Positions 8,930 through 18,727 of a stretch of 64,000 bases of DNA are shown in pieces. The stretch lies in the IMG/VR virus record IMGVR_UViG_3300008108_000036. One strand, written 5' to 3'. The position numbers and the translations under genes were made by a program. How positions within the stretch are numbered: the first letter of the stretch is position 1; every line of letters starts with the position of its first letter. Below the pieces are notes generated by a model. It made no database searches. It saw only the letters and a list, made by a program, of their open reading frames with translations, and had not been told where the DNA came from. The DNA is from a virus.

Positions 8930-11437
8930 ATGTCTCAAAATTTTACTCCACGTGCTCAGCAAGCCTTAGCTTTAGCAAGAAAAGAAGCTGAAAATTTAAA
9001 TCACACTTACATAGGAACAGAACACTTGTTGCTAGGATTTTTAAAACTAGGTCAAGGATTAGCATTAAAAGTATTACAAGAGTTAGGAGTAACTATAGAA
9101 ATTGTTTACGAGATAATTAAAAATAATTCTTCTGAAAATAATAACTCGCTACTAAATTCTAAAAAAGAGAATATCCCGATTACACCTAGAGTTAAGAAGG
9201 TTTTACATTTAGCGGAAAAAGAGTCTAAAAAAATGGGCCATACATATGTTGGAACGGAACATTTATTGCTAGGATTATTGAAAGAAACTGAGGGAGCTGC
9301 TGCAACAATTCTACAGCAAGAGTTTAATATTAATTACGAAAAAGCAAAAGAGCAAATACTAAAAGAGATCGATCCGAACTATCAAAGCAATGAACCTGTA
9401 CTAGCTGGTCAAGAAAATTTTCAAAAATCAAGCTCATCAAAAAAATCTACAGCACTTAAAACATACGGAAAAGATCTAACAGAATTAGCAAAAAACGGAA
9501 AGCTCGATCCTGTTATAGGTAGAGTAAATGAAATCGAAAGGACTATTCAAATTCTTTGCAGAAGAACAAAAAATAATCCAGTTTTAATAGGAGAAGCTGG
9601 TGTTGGCAAAACAGCTATTGCTGAAGGATTAGCACAAAAAATTATATCAAATAATGTTCCTGAGTTACTGTTAAATAAACAAGTTATTACATTAGATTTA
9701 GCTTTATTGGTTGCAGGAACTATGTATAGAGGTCAATTTGAAGAAAGATTGAAAACTGTAATGAATGAAGTAAAGAAAAACGGAAATGTTATTTTGTTTA
9801 TAGACGAGCTACATACAATCGTAGGAGCAGGATCCGCTTCAGGGTCAATGGACGTTTCTAATATTTTTAAGCCTGCTTTAAGTAGAGGTGAACTTCAAAT
9901 CATTGGAGCAACTACGTTAAATGAATATAGAAAGTATATAGAAAAAGATACTGCGCTGGAAAGAAGGTTCCAGCAAGTTAAAATTGAGGCTCCGAGCGTC
10001 AATGACGCTATTCAGATTTTAAAAGGAATCAAACATAAGTACGAAGAGCATCATAAAGTTATATATACAGACGAGGCACTAGAATCAGCATCACTGTTGT
10101 CGGATAGATATATTTCTGATAGATTTTTGCCAGATAAAGCAATCGATTTAATCGATGAAGCAGGATCTAGAGCAAGAATTAACTCCACAATAAAGCCCCA
10201 AGATTTTACTACCTTAGAAAATTCTATTACAGAATTAAAAGCTAAAAAACAAGAAGCAATTAAAAATCAGGAGTTTGAAAAGGCCGCAGCTACGAGAGAT
10301 CAAGAGCGTAGAGCTACTGAATCGTTAGCTGAAGCTCTAAACAAATGGAAGAAAACTAACAAAGAAAATATCGTTACGGTGAATAAAGAGGATATTATAA
10401 CTGTATTATCTAAATGGACAGGAATCCCTTTGTCGAGAATCGATGAAAAGGAAGCAGAAAAATTATTACAGTTAGAACAAACTCTAGAAAAGCGAATTAT
10501 CGGTCAAGAGGAAGCAATAAAAGCTGTGAGTACAGCAATTCGTAGAGCTAGAGCGGATTTAAAAGATCCAAAACGTCCTATAGGCACTTTTTTATTTTTA
10601 GGTCCTACAGGAGTCGGTAAAACATTTTTAGCAAAAAATATTGCTGAATTAATTTTTGGCAATAAAGATTCGCTTATTCAAATTGATATGAGCGAATATA
10701 TGGAAAAATTTTCAGTTTCCAGATTAATAGGATCTCCTCCTGGTTATATCGGTCATGAAGAAGGAGGACAATTAACAGAGAAAGTCAGAAAAAATCCTTA
10801 TTCTGTAGTTCTATTTGATGAAATAGAAAAAGCTCATCCTGATGCTCTACATTTGTTATTGCAAATATTCGAAGAAGGAATTGTTACGGATTCGCTTGGT
10901 AGAAAAATAGATTTTAAAAATACAATTGTAATTCTCACTTCAAATGTTGGAGCTACCTTTGCTTCAAAACAAACTAACTTGGGATTTGGAGTAAAAAATG
11001 AACCAAACACGAATTATGAGACAATGAAAGAAAAAACTATGAGCGAAGTTAGGTCTTTTTTTAAGCCAGAACTTTTAAATCGAATGGATAGCATTGTTGT
11101 TTTTAAATCTTTAACTACAGAAAACATTAAATTAATAGTTCAATTAGAGGCTTTGTGTTTAATTAATCGATTAAAAGAAAACAAACAAATTACGTTAATT
11201 CTTGATGAGTTAGCTGTAGAATTTATTGCAGAAAAGGGTTCTAAAAACGAATATGGCGCTCGTCCGATTAGAAGAGCGATTGAAACTTATTTGGAAAATG
11301 CAATAGCCGAAAAAATCTTAAGCGGTGCTATAAAGAACAAAGAAACAGTAATTGCGACCGTATCGGCTGACAATAAAAATAATATAACTCTATTAAAAAA
11401 TCAAAATAAAAAACAACGTAAAAAGAATTATTTTTAA
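8930..11437 (+). CDS. clpC: ATP-dependent Clp protease ATP-binding subunit ClpC
   Basis: Two Clp-N repeats (FTPRAQQAL..IGTEHLLLG), Walker A GEAGVGKT and GPTGVGKT, UVR coiled coil (QEFEKAAATRD), LGF ClpP-docking loop. Confidence 0.95.
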   Translation: MSQNFTPRAQQALALARKEAENLNHTYIGTEHLLLGFLKLGQGLALKVLQELGVTIEIVYEIIKNNSSENNNSLLNSKKENIPITPRVKKVLHLAEKESKKMGHTYVGTEHLLLGLLKETEGAAATILQQEFNINYEKAKEQILKEIDPNYQSNEPVLAGQENFQKSSSSKKSTALKTYGKDLTELAKNGKLDPVIGRVNEIERTIQILCRRTKNNPVLIGEAGVGKTAIAEGLAQKIISNNVPELLLNKQVITLDLALLVAGTMYRGQFEERLKTVMNEVKKNGNVILFIDELHTIVGAGSASGSMDVSNIFKPALSRGELQIIGATTLNEYRKYIEKDTALERRFQQVKIEAPSVNDAIQILKGIKHKYEEHHKVIYTDEALESASLLSDRYISDRFLPDKAIDLIDEAGSRARINSTIKPQDFTTLENSITELKAKKQEAIKNQEFEKAAATRDQERRATESLAEALNKWKKTNKENIVTVNKEDIITVLSKWTGIPLSRIDEKEAEKLLQLEQTLEKRIIGQEEAIKAVSTAIRRARADLKDPKRPIGTFLFLGPTGVGKTFLAKNIAELIFGNKDSLIQIDMSEYMEKFSVSRLIGSPPGYIGHEEGGQLTEKVRKNPYSVVLFDEIEKAHPDALHLLLQIFEEGIVTDSLGRKIDFKNTIVILTSNVGATFASKQTNLGFGVKNEPNTNYETMKEKTMSEVRSFFKPELLNRMDSIVVFKSLTTENIKLIVQLEALCLINRLKENKQITLILDELAVEFIAEKGSKNEYGARPIRRAIETYLENAIAEKILSGAIKNKETVIATVSADNKNNITLLKNQNKKQRKKNYF

Positions 11438-12231
11438 TGAAAATAAGCGCAAACGAAATAACAGCCATTACTAATAAAATTAAAGAAGATGTCGTTGTTA
11501 TAACGTTCGTTGATTTCAAATATATTGAAATATTTAGAATATTTTACAAATTTTGGAAAACCCACGAGTTAAATAATTTGATTGTCGTTTGCTTAGATGA
11601 AAAAACAAAACAAGAAATCGAGAAGTTATGCATTCCATGCATTTATTTTAAATATGTTGTCTCTTGCAAACCAGAATTCTGGGCAATTCGTTTAGATATT
11701 ATTAACTCTATTTTTACAAGTTCAAAAAAAACGTTAATACATACCGACGTTGATTGCTTTTGGATTAAAAATATAATACCTTTACTAAGTTGCTTTGAAC
11801 AAGATGTAATATATTCAACTGGAAACGAATATCCCAAGCACCTAGCAGAAAAATACGGTTTTGTATTGTGTTGTGGGTTTTTTGTAATAAAATATAAGGA
11901 AAATACTAAAAATTTTTTTAATAATATAATACAAAATCATATAAAAAATACGTCCAAGCTAATAGACGATCAAATAGCAACCAATGAGTGGATTTTTTCT
12001 AAAGTTGCTTCTATTTCTCTAATCGATCAGCCTTCAAAAAAACATCCTTCACAAAATATCAACATAAGAGACGTTTCGATAGTTGGTCTTCATAGAGGAT
12101 TGATAACAAGGTGGACAAATCCACCTAAGTGGGCAATCGATGAGTGTTATTGTTACCATCCGTACTTAACCGGCAATATATCAGATCGCTTATTTCAGCT
12201 TGAACATTTAACTTCTTTATATAATTGTTAA
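11437..12231 (+). CDS. Nucleotide-diphospho-sugar transferase (GT77-like)
   Basis: IHTDVDCFW (DxD), LCCGFF, DDQ motifs. Confidence 0.75.
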   Translation: MKISANEITAITNKIKEDVVVITFVDFKYIEIFRIFYKFWKTHELNNLIVVCLDEKTKQEIEKLCIPCIYFKYVVSCKPEFWAIRLDIINSIFTSSKKTLIHTDVDCFWIKNIIPLLSCFEQDVIYSTGNEYPKHLAEKYGFVLCCGFFVIKYKENTKNFFNNIIQNHIKNTSKLIDDQIATNEWIFSKVASISLIDQPSKKHPSQNINIRDVSIVGLHRGLITRWTNPPKWAIDECYCYHPYLTGNISDRLFQLEHLTSLYNC

Positions 12232-12244
12232 CACCATTTAATTT

Positions 12245-12451
12245 ATGAAAACCATTGTAAACCATAATAAGAAAGAAATATTAACTATATTAAAAGCGGA
12301 ATTAAATAAAAAATATACCAAAACATTTAGCATTGCTCTTCAAGAACTATTTAAAAAGTTGTACAAAGAAAAAACTACGAAAAATCACAGCAATACGACT
12401 CTGAAAAACATATTGAATGAGATACTATCTACTACAAAAAATAAAAAATAA
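12245..12451 (+). CDS. Hypothetical protein (basic)
   Basis: 68-aa ORF filling the gap in a same-strand operon. Confidence 0.45.
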   Translation: MKTIVNHNKKEILTILKAELNKKYTKTFSIALQELFKKLYKEKTTKNHSNTTLKNILNEILSTTKNKK

Positions 12452-12457
12452 TTAGGA

Positions 12458-13315
12458 GTGACTATTCAGCCTAAACTTGTAACGGTAATCACTGCTGCTA
12501 AAAACAGTAAGTCTGTAATTAAGCGATGCATAAATTCTGTAGCTAACCAAACATATAAGCATATAGAACACATAATTGTGTTAGGAAAGTCAACAGATGG
12601 AACTAATAATGTTATTGACAGTTATATGTTAGCTAATCCGCAACATAATATACGTATCTTATATGAATCAGCACCTGGTATTTATCCTGCGTTAAACTAT
12701 GCAATTCGGAAATCGAAAGGTAAGTTCTTATTAATTTTAGGATCTGATGATTGGTTAGAACCTTTTTGTATACAAGAATTACTCGACGCTATACAGCAAA
12801 ATCGGTCCGATTTTGCTGTAGGTTATGCGAAAATAATCGACCCTAGTATACAAAAACTCGATAAAATTTTTAAAATATCGGAATTTGATGAACGAATCCT
12901 TATGGGCTTGATGCCGTTTTGTCATCAAGCCTTATTGGCTTCTAAAGAATGTTTTGATGTTTGCGGCTTATTTAACGAACAACTAACAATTGCTTCAGAT
13001 TATCAATGGATTAAACTTTTATTTTTACAAAAAATGAAAATGGCTGTAGTCCATAAGTGTGTAGTAAACTTTTATAAAGGAGGAATTTCGGATTTAAATG
13101 ACCAGTTAGCAGTAAATGAAATGATTTCTTGTATTCAAGATCAATATAATGTAAAATACGAAAATGCGAAATCTTTGTTGGATTTATTATTAGGAGAAGA
13201 ACGTATAAATAAATCCAATATAACTTCTTTAATCAAAGAGTTAACTGACGTAAATGCTGTTAAGTCTATAGCGTTGCTTTTAATGGAACAATTAGATAAA
13301 GTAAAAATACTATAA
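12458..13315 (+). CDS. Glycosyltransferase family 2 (WcaE/WfgS-like)
   Basis: INSVANQTYKHIEHII..STDGT..GIYPALNYAI..LGSDD..FCHQA..ASDY. Confidence 0.88.
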   Translation: MTIQPKLVTVITAAKNSKSVIKRCINSVANQTYKHIEHIIVLGKSTDGTNNVIDSYMLANPQHNIRILYESAPGIYPALNYAIRKSKGKFLLILGSDDWLEPFCIQELLDAIQQNRSDFAVGYAKIIDPSIQKLDKIFKISEFDERILMGLMPFCHQALLASKECFDVCGLFNEQLTIASDYQWIKLLFLQKMKMAVVHKCVVNFYKGGISDLNDQLAVNEMISCIQDQYNVKYENAKSLLDLLLGEERINKSNITSLIKELTDVNAVKSIALLLMEQLDKVKIL

Positions 13316-13328
13316 CCAAACGTTTGAA

Positions 13329-14183
13329 ATGAAATGTCATGAATTAACTCAACAACAAGTTTTAGTGTTTTGGGGACAAAAATGTGGAGCTACGTGTCTT
13401 AAAGAAATAATAATGCACTTAGATAGCTCCGGAAGCTTTTTTGATAATGGTGGAAACGACGATGTTACACATCAAATTTACGAGGTTTTTTATAAAAACC
13501 AACCAAACTATAAAGATGTAGATTATTATAAAAATCACAAAATAGTCTTTTTTGGTAGAAATCCATATCACCGAATTGTTTCATTGTATTTAGATAAATA
13601 TGTCGCGATTGATTCACCTACTCCTGAAATTAATCGAAACACGAACACTTTTAGAGAATTTATAGAGCATATATACAATGTGGGGTTTTTTTCGGAGAAC
13701 TCGCAGATTGAAATTTTTGATGGATTTTTTCCTATAACTACTGGTGAGTCCTTTTTGTTTTTTGAAGAACTTCTAATTAAACAAACACATGCGGTCTTTT
13801 ATCTTCTTCCGGACTTTTGGTTGCCTGATGGAAAATTAATTCACGACCCCGCTAATTTACGATCGTTATATGATATGGCGGGAGAAAAAATATTATTCGA
13901 AGAAATAGCAGATAGATTAACAGAAGCGTGGAATTATAAAAGCTGTTGTTTGAAATTAGCAACCAACTGTTCTGATCGTTTCGATTTTGACTGCAGCAAG
14001 AAACGTATGTGTGATTACACGGTAGCTGAATTAAGAAATGTTTTAAAAATAACTAAATTTGATGCTATGAGTTTCTTTACGAAAGAGTTGGTTGATATGT
14101 TTAATGTGCTTTATCAAACAGAACTAGCTTTTTACGATAGGAACAAAATGAGCTTTTGTAGCCTTTTAACTCATATAAAGTAA
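13329..14183 (+). CDS. Sulfotransferase family 2-like protein
   Basis: FWGQKCGATCLK and FFGRNPYHRIVSLYLDK motifs. Confidence 0.72.
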   Translation: MKCHELTQQQVLVFWGQKCGATCLKEIIMHLDSSGSFFDNGGNDDVTHQIYEVFYKNQPNYKDVDYYKNHKIVFFGRNPYHRIVSLYLDKYVAIDSPTPEINRNTNTFREFIEHIYNVGFFSENSQIEIFDGFFPITTGESFLFFEELLIKQTHAVFYLLPDFWLPDGKLIHDPANLRSLYDMAGEKILFEEIADRLTEAWNYKSCCLKLATNCSDRFDFDCSKKRMCDYTVAELRNVLKITKFDAMSFFTKELVDMFNVLYQTELAFYDRNKMSFCSLLTHIK

Positions 14184-14191
14184 TTAACTAA

Positions 14192-15382
14192 ATGAAGCAA
14201 AATCTACAAATAGCTGTCTCTTTTGATGAAACATATATAGATCAATTTCTAACTGTTGTAAATAACATTTACACGTTACACAAACAATACACAAATCCGT
14301 CACGCTGCAGCAATGATTTATTAAATATAACAGATACGCTAGAATTTTTTGTTTGCTATGATGGCAATTTATCTAATTTGCCTGCCATACAAAGCTATAT
14401 TACGTCTATTTTTCCAACGATAATTTTTAATTATAAACATGTTCCGACTGAATGCAAGGAAATTTATAAATTTTTGGTTGAAAACTATCCGTTCAGTAGA
14501 TCGAGAAATACTCTGCAAACCTGTTCTGTGTATTATAGACTATTTTTGGATACAATTTGGCCTACACTAGATGGATTAGTGTTACAGATTGATTTAGATT
14601 TAGTTTTTAAGCAACCGGTAAAATCTTTGTTTCAACTAGTATACGACATGAGCAAAACAACTAAGCATAGCTTATATGCGTGCGAATGGCCTGCCATTCA
14701 GTGCTGGGATTTTAAACTTTCAACGTTAGGACCTAACGAACAACAAGAATGGATACCAATTAGAGGAAAAACTATTCTTCAATATTATGTGGATAAGTGG
14801 TTTAAATGGTTTATCGAATGCTCTCGTACATTAAATACGCCTATTAATTACTTAGACTATTGTACTGATTTAAGCACAAAAAACGCAATACATTTTAATG
14901 CTGGAGTATTAATGTTTGATCTTACCGAATATAGACGAAATAATATCCAGCAAATTTGTAAAGATTGTGTCGTTATTCAGAAAAAATTTCATACTTTTTT
15001 TCATAACGATCAAGGACTTTTAAATTTTGTGTTTTTTAACAAAGTTGGAATAATACCAAAATCGTGGAACTTGACTGATTACGGTTGTGGTTATTATTAT
15101 CTTCTTCATCCGACTCCCGAAATTCAAAAAGAGTTTAAAGAAGCTAACATAATACATTTTAATGGGCAGTATAAACCTTGGCAACATACAGATAACATTC
15201 CTTTACATGCTTTAGAATTGTGGAAAACGTACGAACTAAGCTGTTTGAAAAATATCATACTAACTAAAGTTGCGGAAATTCCTAAACATTATAACGTAAA
15301 TTCAAATTTTAAAGAGCAGCTAATTTCAAATTTAACAAAAGTCCAAAAAAATCTTACACAAAATGACAAAATCCCCAATTAA
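14192..15382 (+). CDS. Glycosyltransferase family 8
   Basis: YYRLF, QIDLDL (DxD), FNAGVL, DQGLLN, IIHFNGQYKPW. Confidence 0.9.
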   Translation: MKQNLQIAVSFDETYIDQFLTVVNNIYTLHKQYTNPSRCSNDLLNITDTLEFFVCYDGNLSNLPAIQSYITSIFPTIIFNYKHVPTECKEIYKFLVENYPFSRSRNTLQTCSVYYRLFLDTIWPTLDGLVLQIDLDLVFKQPVKSLFQLVYDMSKTTKHSLYACEWPAIQCWDFKLSTLGPNEQQEWIPIRGKTILQYYVDKWFKWFIECSRTLNTPINYLDYCTDLSTKNAIHFNAGVLMFDLTEYRRNNIQQICKDCVVIQKKFHTFFHNDQGLLNFVFFNKVGIIPKSWNLTDYGCGYYYLLHPTPEIQKEFKEANIIHFNGQYKPWQHTDNIPLHALELWKTYELSCLKNIILTKVAEIPKHYNVNSNFKEQLISNLTKVQKNLTQNDKIPN

Positions 15383-16790
15383 CTTTTTATTTATTATTGC
15401 TGAAGATGTAGGAATAGGGGATTATTCATGTTACAATAATTACAGTAAAATTAAAACAAAAAACGTAGAAGATTTAGCAAACGGTGGAGTAATTTTTACA
15501 AACGCTCATTCGACAGCAGCATTGTGTGCTCCTGCTAGATATTCGCTTCTGACCGGCAATTATCCTAATAGACAAAGATTAGGCAATAAAGGAGAGTGGG
15601 GATTTGATGTCTCATCTTCTATTACTCCTAATCAAAAAACGTTAGCGAATATTTTGCAACAAAATGGTTATCGAACTGGTCTTTTTGGCAAGACGGGAAT
15701 AGGAGGATTATACAACAAGACAGAAACAGGAGAAATAGACTGGACAGCTCCAATGGTAGATGGTCCATCTAATTGGGGATTTGATTATTCGTTTATCATA
15801 CCTCGTGGTCATCAATGGCTTCCTTTAATCTTTTTGGAAAATAATATTCCAACTTGCGACCCTAAAACCTTAATCAGAGGTCAGCAAGCAATAGAATTTG
15901 CTAGACAAAAAAAATGTGTTGGTGGAGGCAATGAACAGCATTTTTTAAATTGGCTTGATTATGTTGATCCTAATTTTGAATTATCAAAAATTGGAGAGAC
16001 TCTCTTAACTAAAGTAGAAAAATTTTTAGATACAACCGATATGGCAAAACCGTTTTTTATGCATTTTTGTTGTGATGGAGCACATTCTCCTCACGACCCC
16101 CCTCAAACGATAAGAGGGAACGAGATATTAAATACGTGTATTAATAGACGAGACGACATGGTTTATGAAACAGATGTGCTTTTAGGAGAATTACGTAAAA
16201 TTTTAAAAACGAGAGGTCTTGAAGAAAACACAGTCATATGCTTCAGTTCGGATCACGGAGCTGTCAGTGGCGATAAAGGAAATATGCATTTAAGAGACGG
16301 GAAAAGCACAATCTACGAGGGAGGAGTGAGAGTTCCTTTGATTGTTAATTATCCTTCTAAATTTTTGCAAGGAAAAGTGTGTGAAGATTTAGTTTGTGCT
16401 ATGGATATTTTACCAACCTTTTTAGATCTTATTGAAGTACAGATTAACGAAGATGAAATGCTGGATGCGAAAAGTCTAATTCCTCTTCTTACAACAAATT
16501 CGCTTGAGCCTAACAGAAAGCATTTATTAATCAATCATGCTCACTGTTGTATAAACGAAACGAAAAACGAATGGGGAGGAGCAAGCTCGATTTATTACTT
16601 AAACTGGAAATTAATATTTGCTGGGGATGTACTGGTAGGTAACCATCCAATTGCATTATATGATTTAGAAGCAGATTCTTCTGAAACAACAAATTTGATA
16701 GACCAAGACCATTTAAAACAAACAATAGAGGAGTTGACTAGCTTAAGAACTCTTTTAAATTATAGTGTAAACACAAGAGTAACCCCTTAA
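15363..16790 (+). CDS. Formylglycine-dependent (aryl)sulfatase, Cys-type, no signal peptide
   Basis: NFLFIIAEDVG; signature CAPARYSLLTG (C-x-P-x-R); GYRTGLFGK; HSPH; SSDHG; GKSTIYEGGVRVP; LYDLEAD. Confidence 0.93.
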   Translation: MTKSPINFLFIIAEDVGIGDYSCYNNYSKIKTKNVEDLANGGVIFTNAHSTAALCAPARYSLLTGNYPNRQRLGNKGEWGFDVSSSITPNQKTLANILQQNGYRTGLFGKTGIGGLYNKTETGEIDWTAPMVDGPSNWGFDYSFIIPRGHQWLPLIFLENNIPTCDPKTLIRGQQAIEFARQKKCVGGGNEQHFLNWLDYVDPNFELSKIGETLLTKVEKFLDTTDMAKPFFMHFCCDGAHSPHDPPQTIRGNEILNTCINRRDDMVYETDVLLGELRKILKTRGLEENTVICFSSDHGAVSGDKGNMHLRDGKSTIYEGGVRVPLIVNYPSKFLQGKVCEDLVCAMDILPTFLDLIEVQINEDEMLDAKSLIPLLTTNSLEPNRKHLLINHAHCCINETKNEWGGASSIYYLNWKLIFAGDVLVGNHPIALYDLEADSSETTNLIDQDHLKQTIEELTSLRTLLNYSVNTRVTP

Positions 16791-16797
16791 GTTATCT

Positions 16798-17988
16798 TTA
16801 TGTGAGTGGTTGCAATAATTCATTTGTTAACGTTTGCATTTTTGGTGCAATATGATGAAAAAATTTTTTGTAACCAGAGCATAAATAATTTAAACCGTAC
16901 TCTCCGCCAGGTGCTCTTAAAAAACGATGCTTGGGACATTCACCATGACAGGCAAATCTAACATCACAGCGTTTACAATAATTTGGTAAGGTGTCCCGCT
17001 TGTCGTTTCCAAATTTTTTTTGCCGTTCTGAGCTAATCATATCTCCTAAAGATGATGATGTTATACTTCCTAATTTATATGACGGGTAAACATAATGATC
17101 GCACGAATAAACTGTGCCATCATGCTCTAAAGCAATTGCTTTACCGCACGTTTCACTAAATACACACAAACTATTCGGCTGCAGTCCAGACCAATTACCT
17201 AAAGTTACATCAAAAATTTGAACAAACACTTTACCTTTGTCTTTTTTATACCATTCATCGAAAACCGTTATTAAAAATTCTCCATACTGAGTAGGTTTAA
17301 CGCTCCACTCGGTAACGGGCAAATTTTTCTCGTCGTTTATTGTTGGTGGAAAAGCTAGATCAAAACTTAATTGATTAGTTTTAACATCAGGTAGCCGTTC
17401 AACTAAAGGAATGAATTGTATAAAGTTTGAGCCAATTTTTTTTAAAAAATTATAAACTTCTAGTGGTTTTTTTGAATTAATATTATTAACAACAGTTATA
17501 GTGTTAAATTCAATTTCATGCTTTTGCAATACACGTAGTCCTTTTATTACTTTTTCGTATGTTGGAAGTCCTTTTTTATCTACTCTGTATGCATCGTGTA
17601 GTTTCGGAGGACCATCTATACTGAGACCGACTAAAAAATTATGTTGCTTTAAAAAATTTCCCCAGTCATCGTTTAATAGAGTACCGTTAGTTTGAATGCT
17701 GTTTGAAACAATTTTCCCTTTGGCGTATTGTTGTTGCATTTCAATAATTTTTTCAAAGTATTTAATTCCCAGCATTGTAGGCTCTCCACCTTGCCAGGTA
17801 AAAATAACTTCTTTAGTTGGCTGAGAATCTATATACTGTTTTATATATTCTTCTAAAAGTTCTTCTTTCATTTTAAACGTTTCGTTTTTCGGAAACATTT
17901 TTTCTTTTTCTAGATAAAAGCAATATTTACATCCTATATTACACAAAGGGCCTATAGGCTTAGCCATTACATGGAATAGTTCTTTCAT
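16798..17988 (-). CDS. Anaerobic sulfatase-maturating enzyme (radical SAM/SPASM; anSME/AslB/ChuR family)
   Basis: CNIGCKYC radical-SAM motif, WQGGEP, GLSIDGP, SPASM cysteines (CVFSETC, SCDH, CKRC..CHGECPK, C). Confidence 0.95.
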   Translation of the reverse strand: MKELFHVMAKPIGPLCNIGCKYCFYLEKEKMFPKNETFKMKEELLEEYIKQYIDSQPTKEVIFTWQGGEPTMLGIKYFEKIIEMQQQYAKGKIVSNSIQTNGTLLNDDWGNFLKQHNFLVGLSIDGPPKLHDAYRVDKKGLPTYEKVIKGLRVLQKHEIEFNTITVVNNINSKKPLEVYNFLKKIGSNFIQFIPLVERLPDVKTNQLSFDLAFPPTINDEKNLPVTEWSVKPTQYGEFLITVFDEWYKKDKGKVFVQIFDVTLGNWSGLQPNSLCVFSETCGKAIALEHDGTVYSCDHYVYPSYKLGSITSSSLGDMISSERQKKFGNDKRDTLPNYCKRCDVRFACHGECPKHRFLRAPGGEYGLNYLCSGYKKFFHHIAPKMQTLTNELLQPLT

Positions 17989-18097
17989 ATAAAAATGTTA
18001 TTTCAAAACAAACAACATTCAACTATATTTTTCACAAAATTTAAACAATAACTCACTCGAGTCAAAAATATTTCTAACGAATGAGATAGTCCATAGA

Positions 18098-18172
18098 TTA
18101 AAATAGTAAACACAGAACAAGTTGATTGCTTAAACCACCTGCTAAAACAACGCTAATTGTAGGACTTTTCAT
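18098..18172 (-). pseudogene. Remnant N-terminus of a GT11 (alpha-1,2-fucosyltransferase-like) gene
   Basis: ATG overlaps the rmlC stop; MKSPTISVVLAGGLSNQLVLCLLF* resembles the GGLGNQ(L/M)F GT11 start motif, then stops. Confidence 0.4.
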
Positions 18173-18726
18173 AAATTAACAGTATATTTTTCGCAAAGCT
18201 GAAACGGCAATCCACATAAGTCTTTTGATGAAACAATTGGTGCTTCATGTAAAGGCCATTTGATATTTAATGTATTATCATTCCACAATAATGTTCTATC
18301 AAATAATGGTTGATGATACGTTTTAGTAACTTTGTAATAAACATCTACAACATCACTTAAAACCAAAAACCCATGTGCACATCCGGGAGGGACCCATAAC
18401 CGAAGATGGTTTTCTGACGTCAATGTAAACCCAGCCCATTTACCGAACGTTTTCGAATTTTCTCGTAAATCAACTATGACATCATACACGGAACCTGACA
18501 TAACCCAGACTAGTTTTCCTTGTGCAGCATCACCAATTTGAAAGTGCAAACCTCTCAAAACATTTTTTGTTGATTGGCTGTGGTTATCTTGAATAAATTT
18601 TAACTCTAAGCCTAGACTTTTAAACGTATTTTCATTCCATGCTTCTAAAAAAAAACCTCTATTGTCTTTATGCACTTTCGGCTTTAATAAAAAAGCATCT
18701 TGTATATCAGTGTTTATTTTTTCCAT
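18169..18726 (-). CDS. rmlC: dTDP-4-dehydrorhamnose 3,5-epimerase
   Basis: DNRGFF, QDNHSQS, VLRGLHFQ, QGKLV, DVIVDLR, AHGF. Confidence 0.96.
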   Translation of the reverse strand: MEKINTDIQDAFLLKPKVHKDNRGFFLEAWNENTFKSLGLELKFIQDNHSQSTKNVLRGLHFQIGDAAQGKLVWVMSGSVYDVIVDLRENSKTFGKWAGFTLTSENHLRLWVPPGCAHGFLVLSDVVDVYYKVTKTYHQPLFDRTLLWNDNTLNIKWPLHEAPIVSSKDLCGLPFQLCEKYTVNL

Positions 18727-18727
18727 A

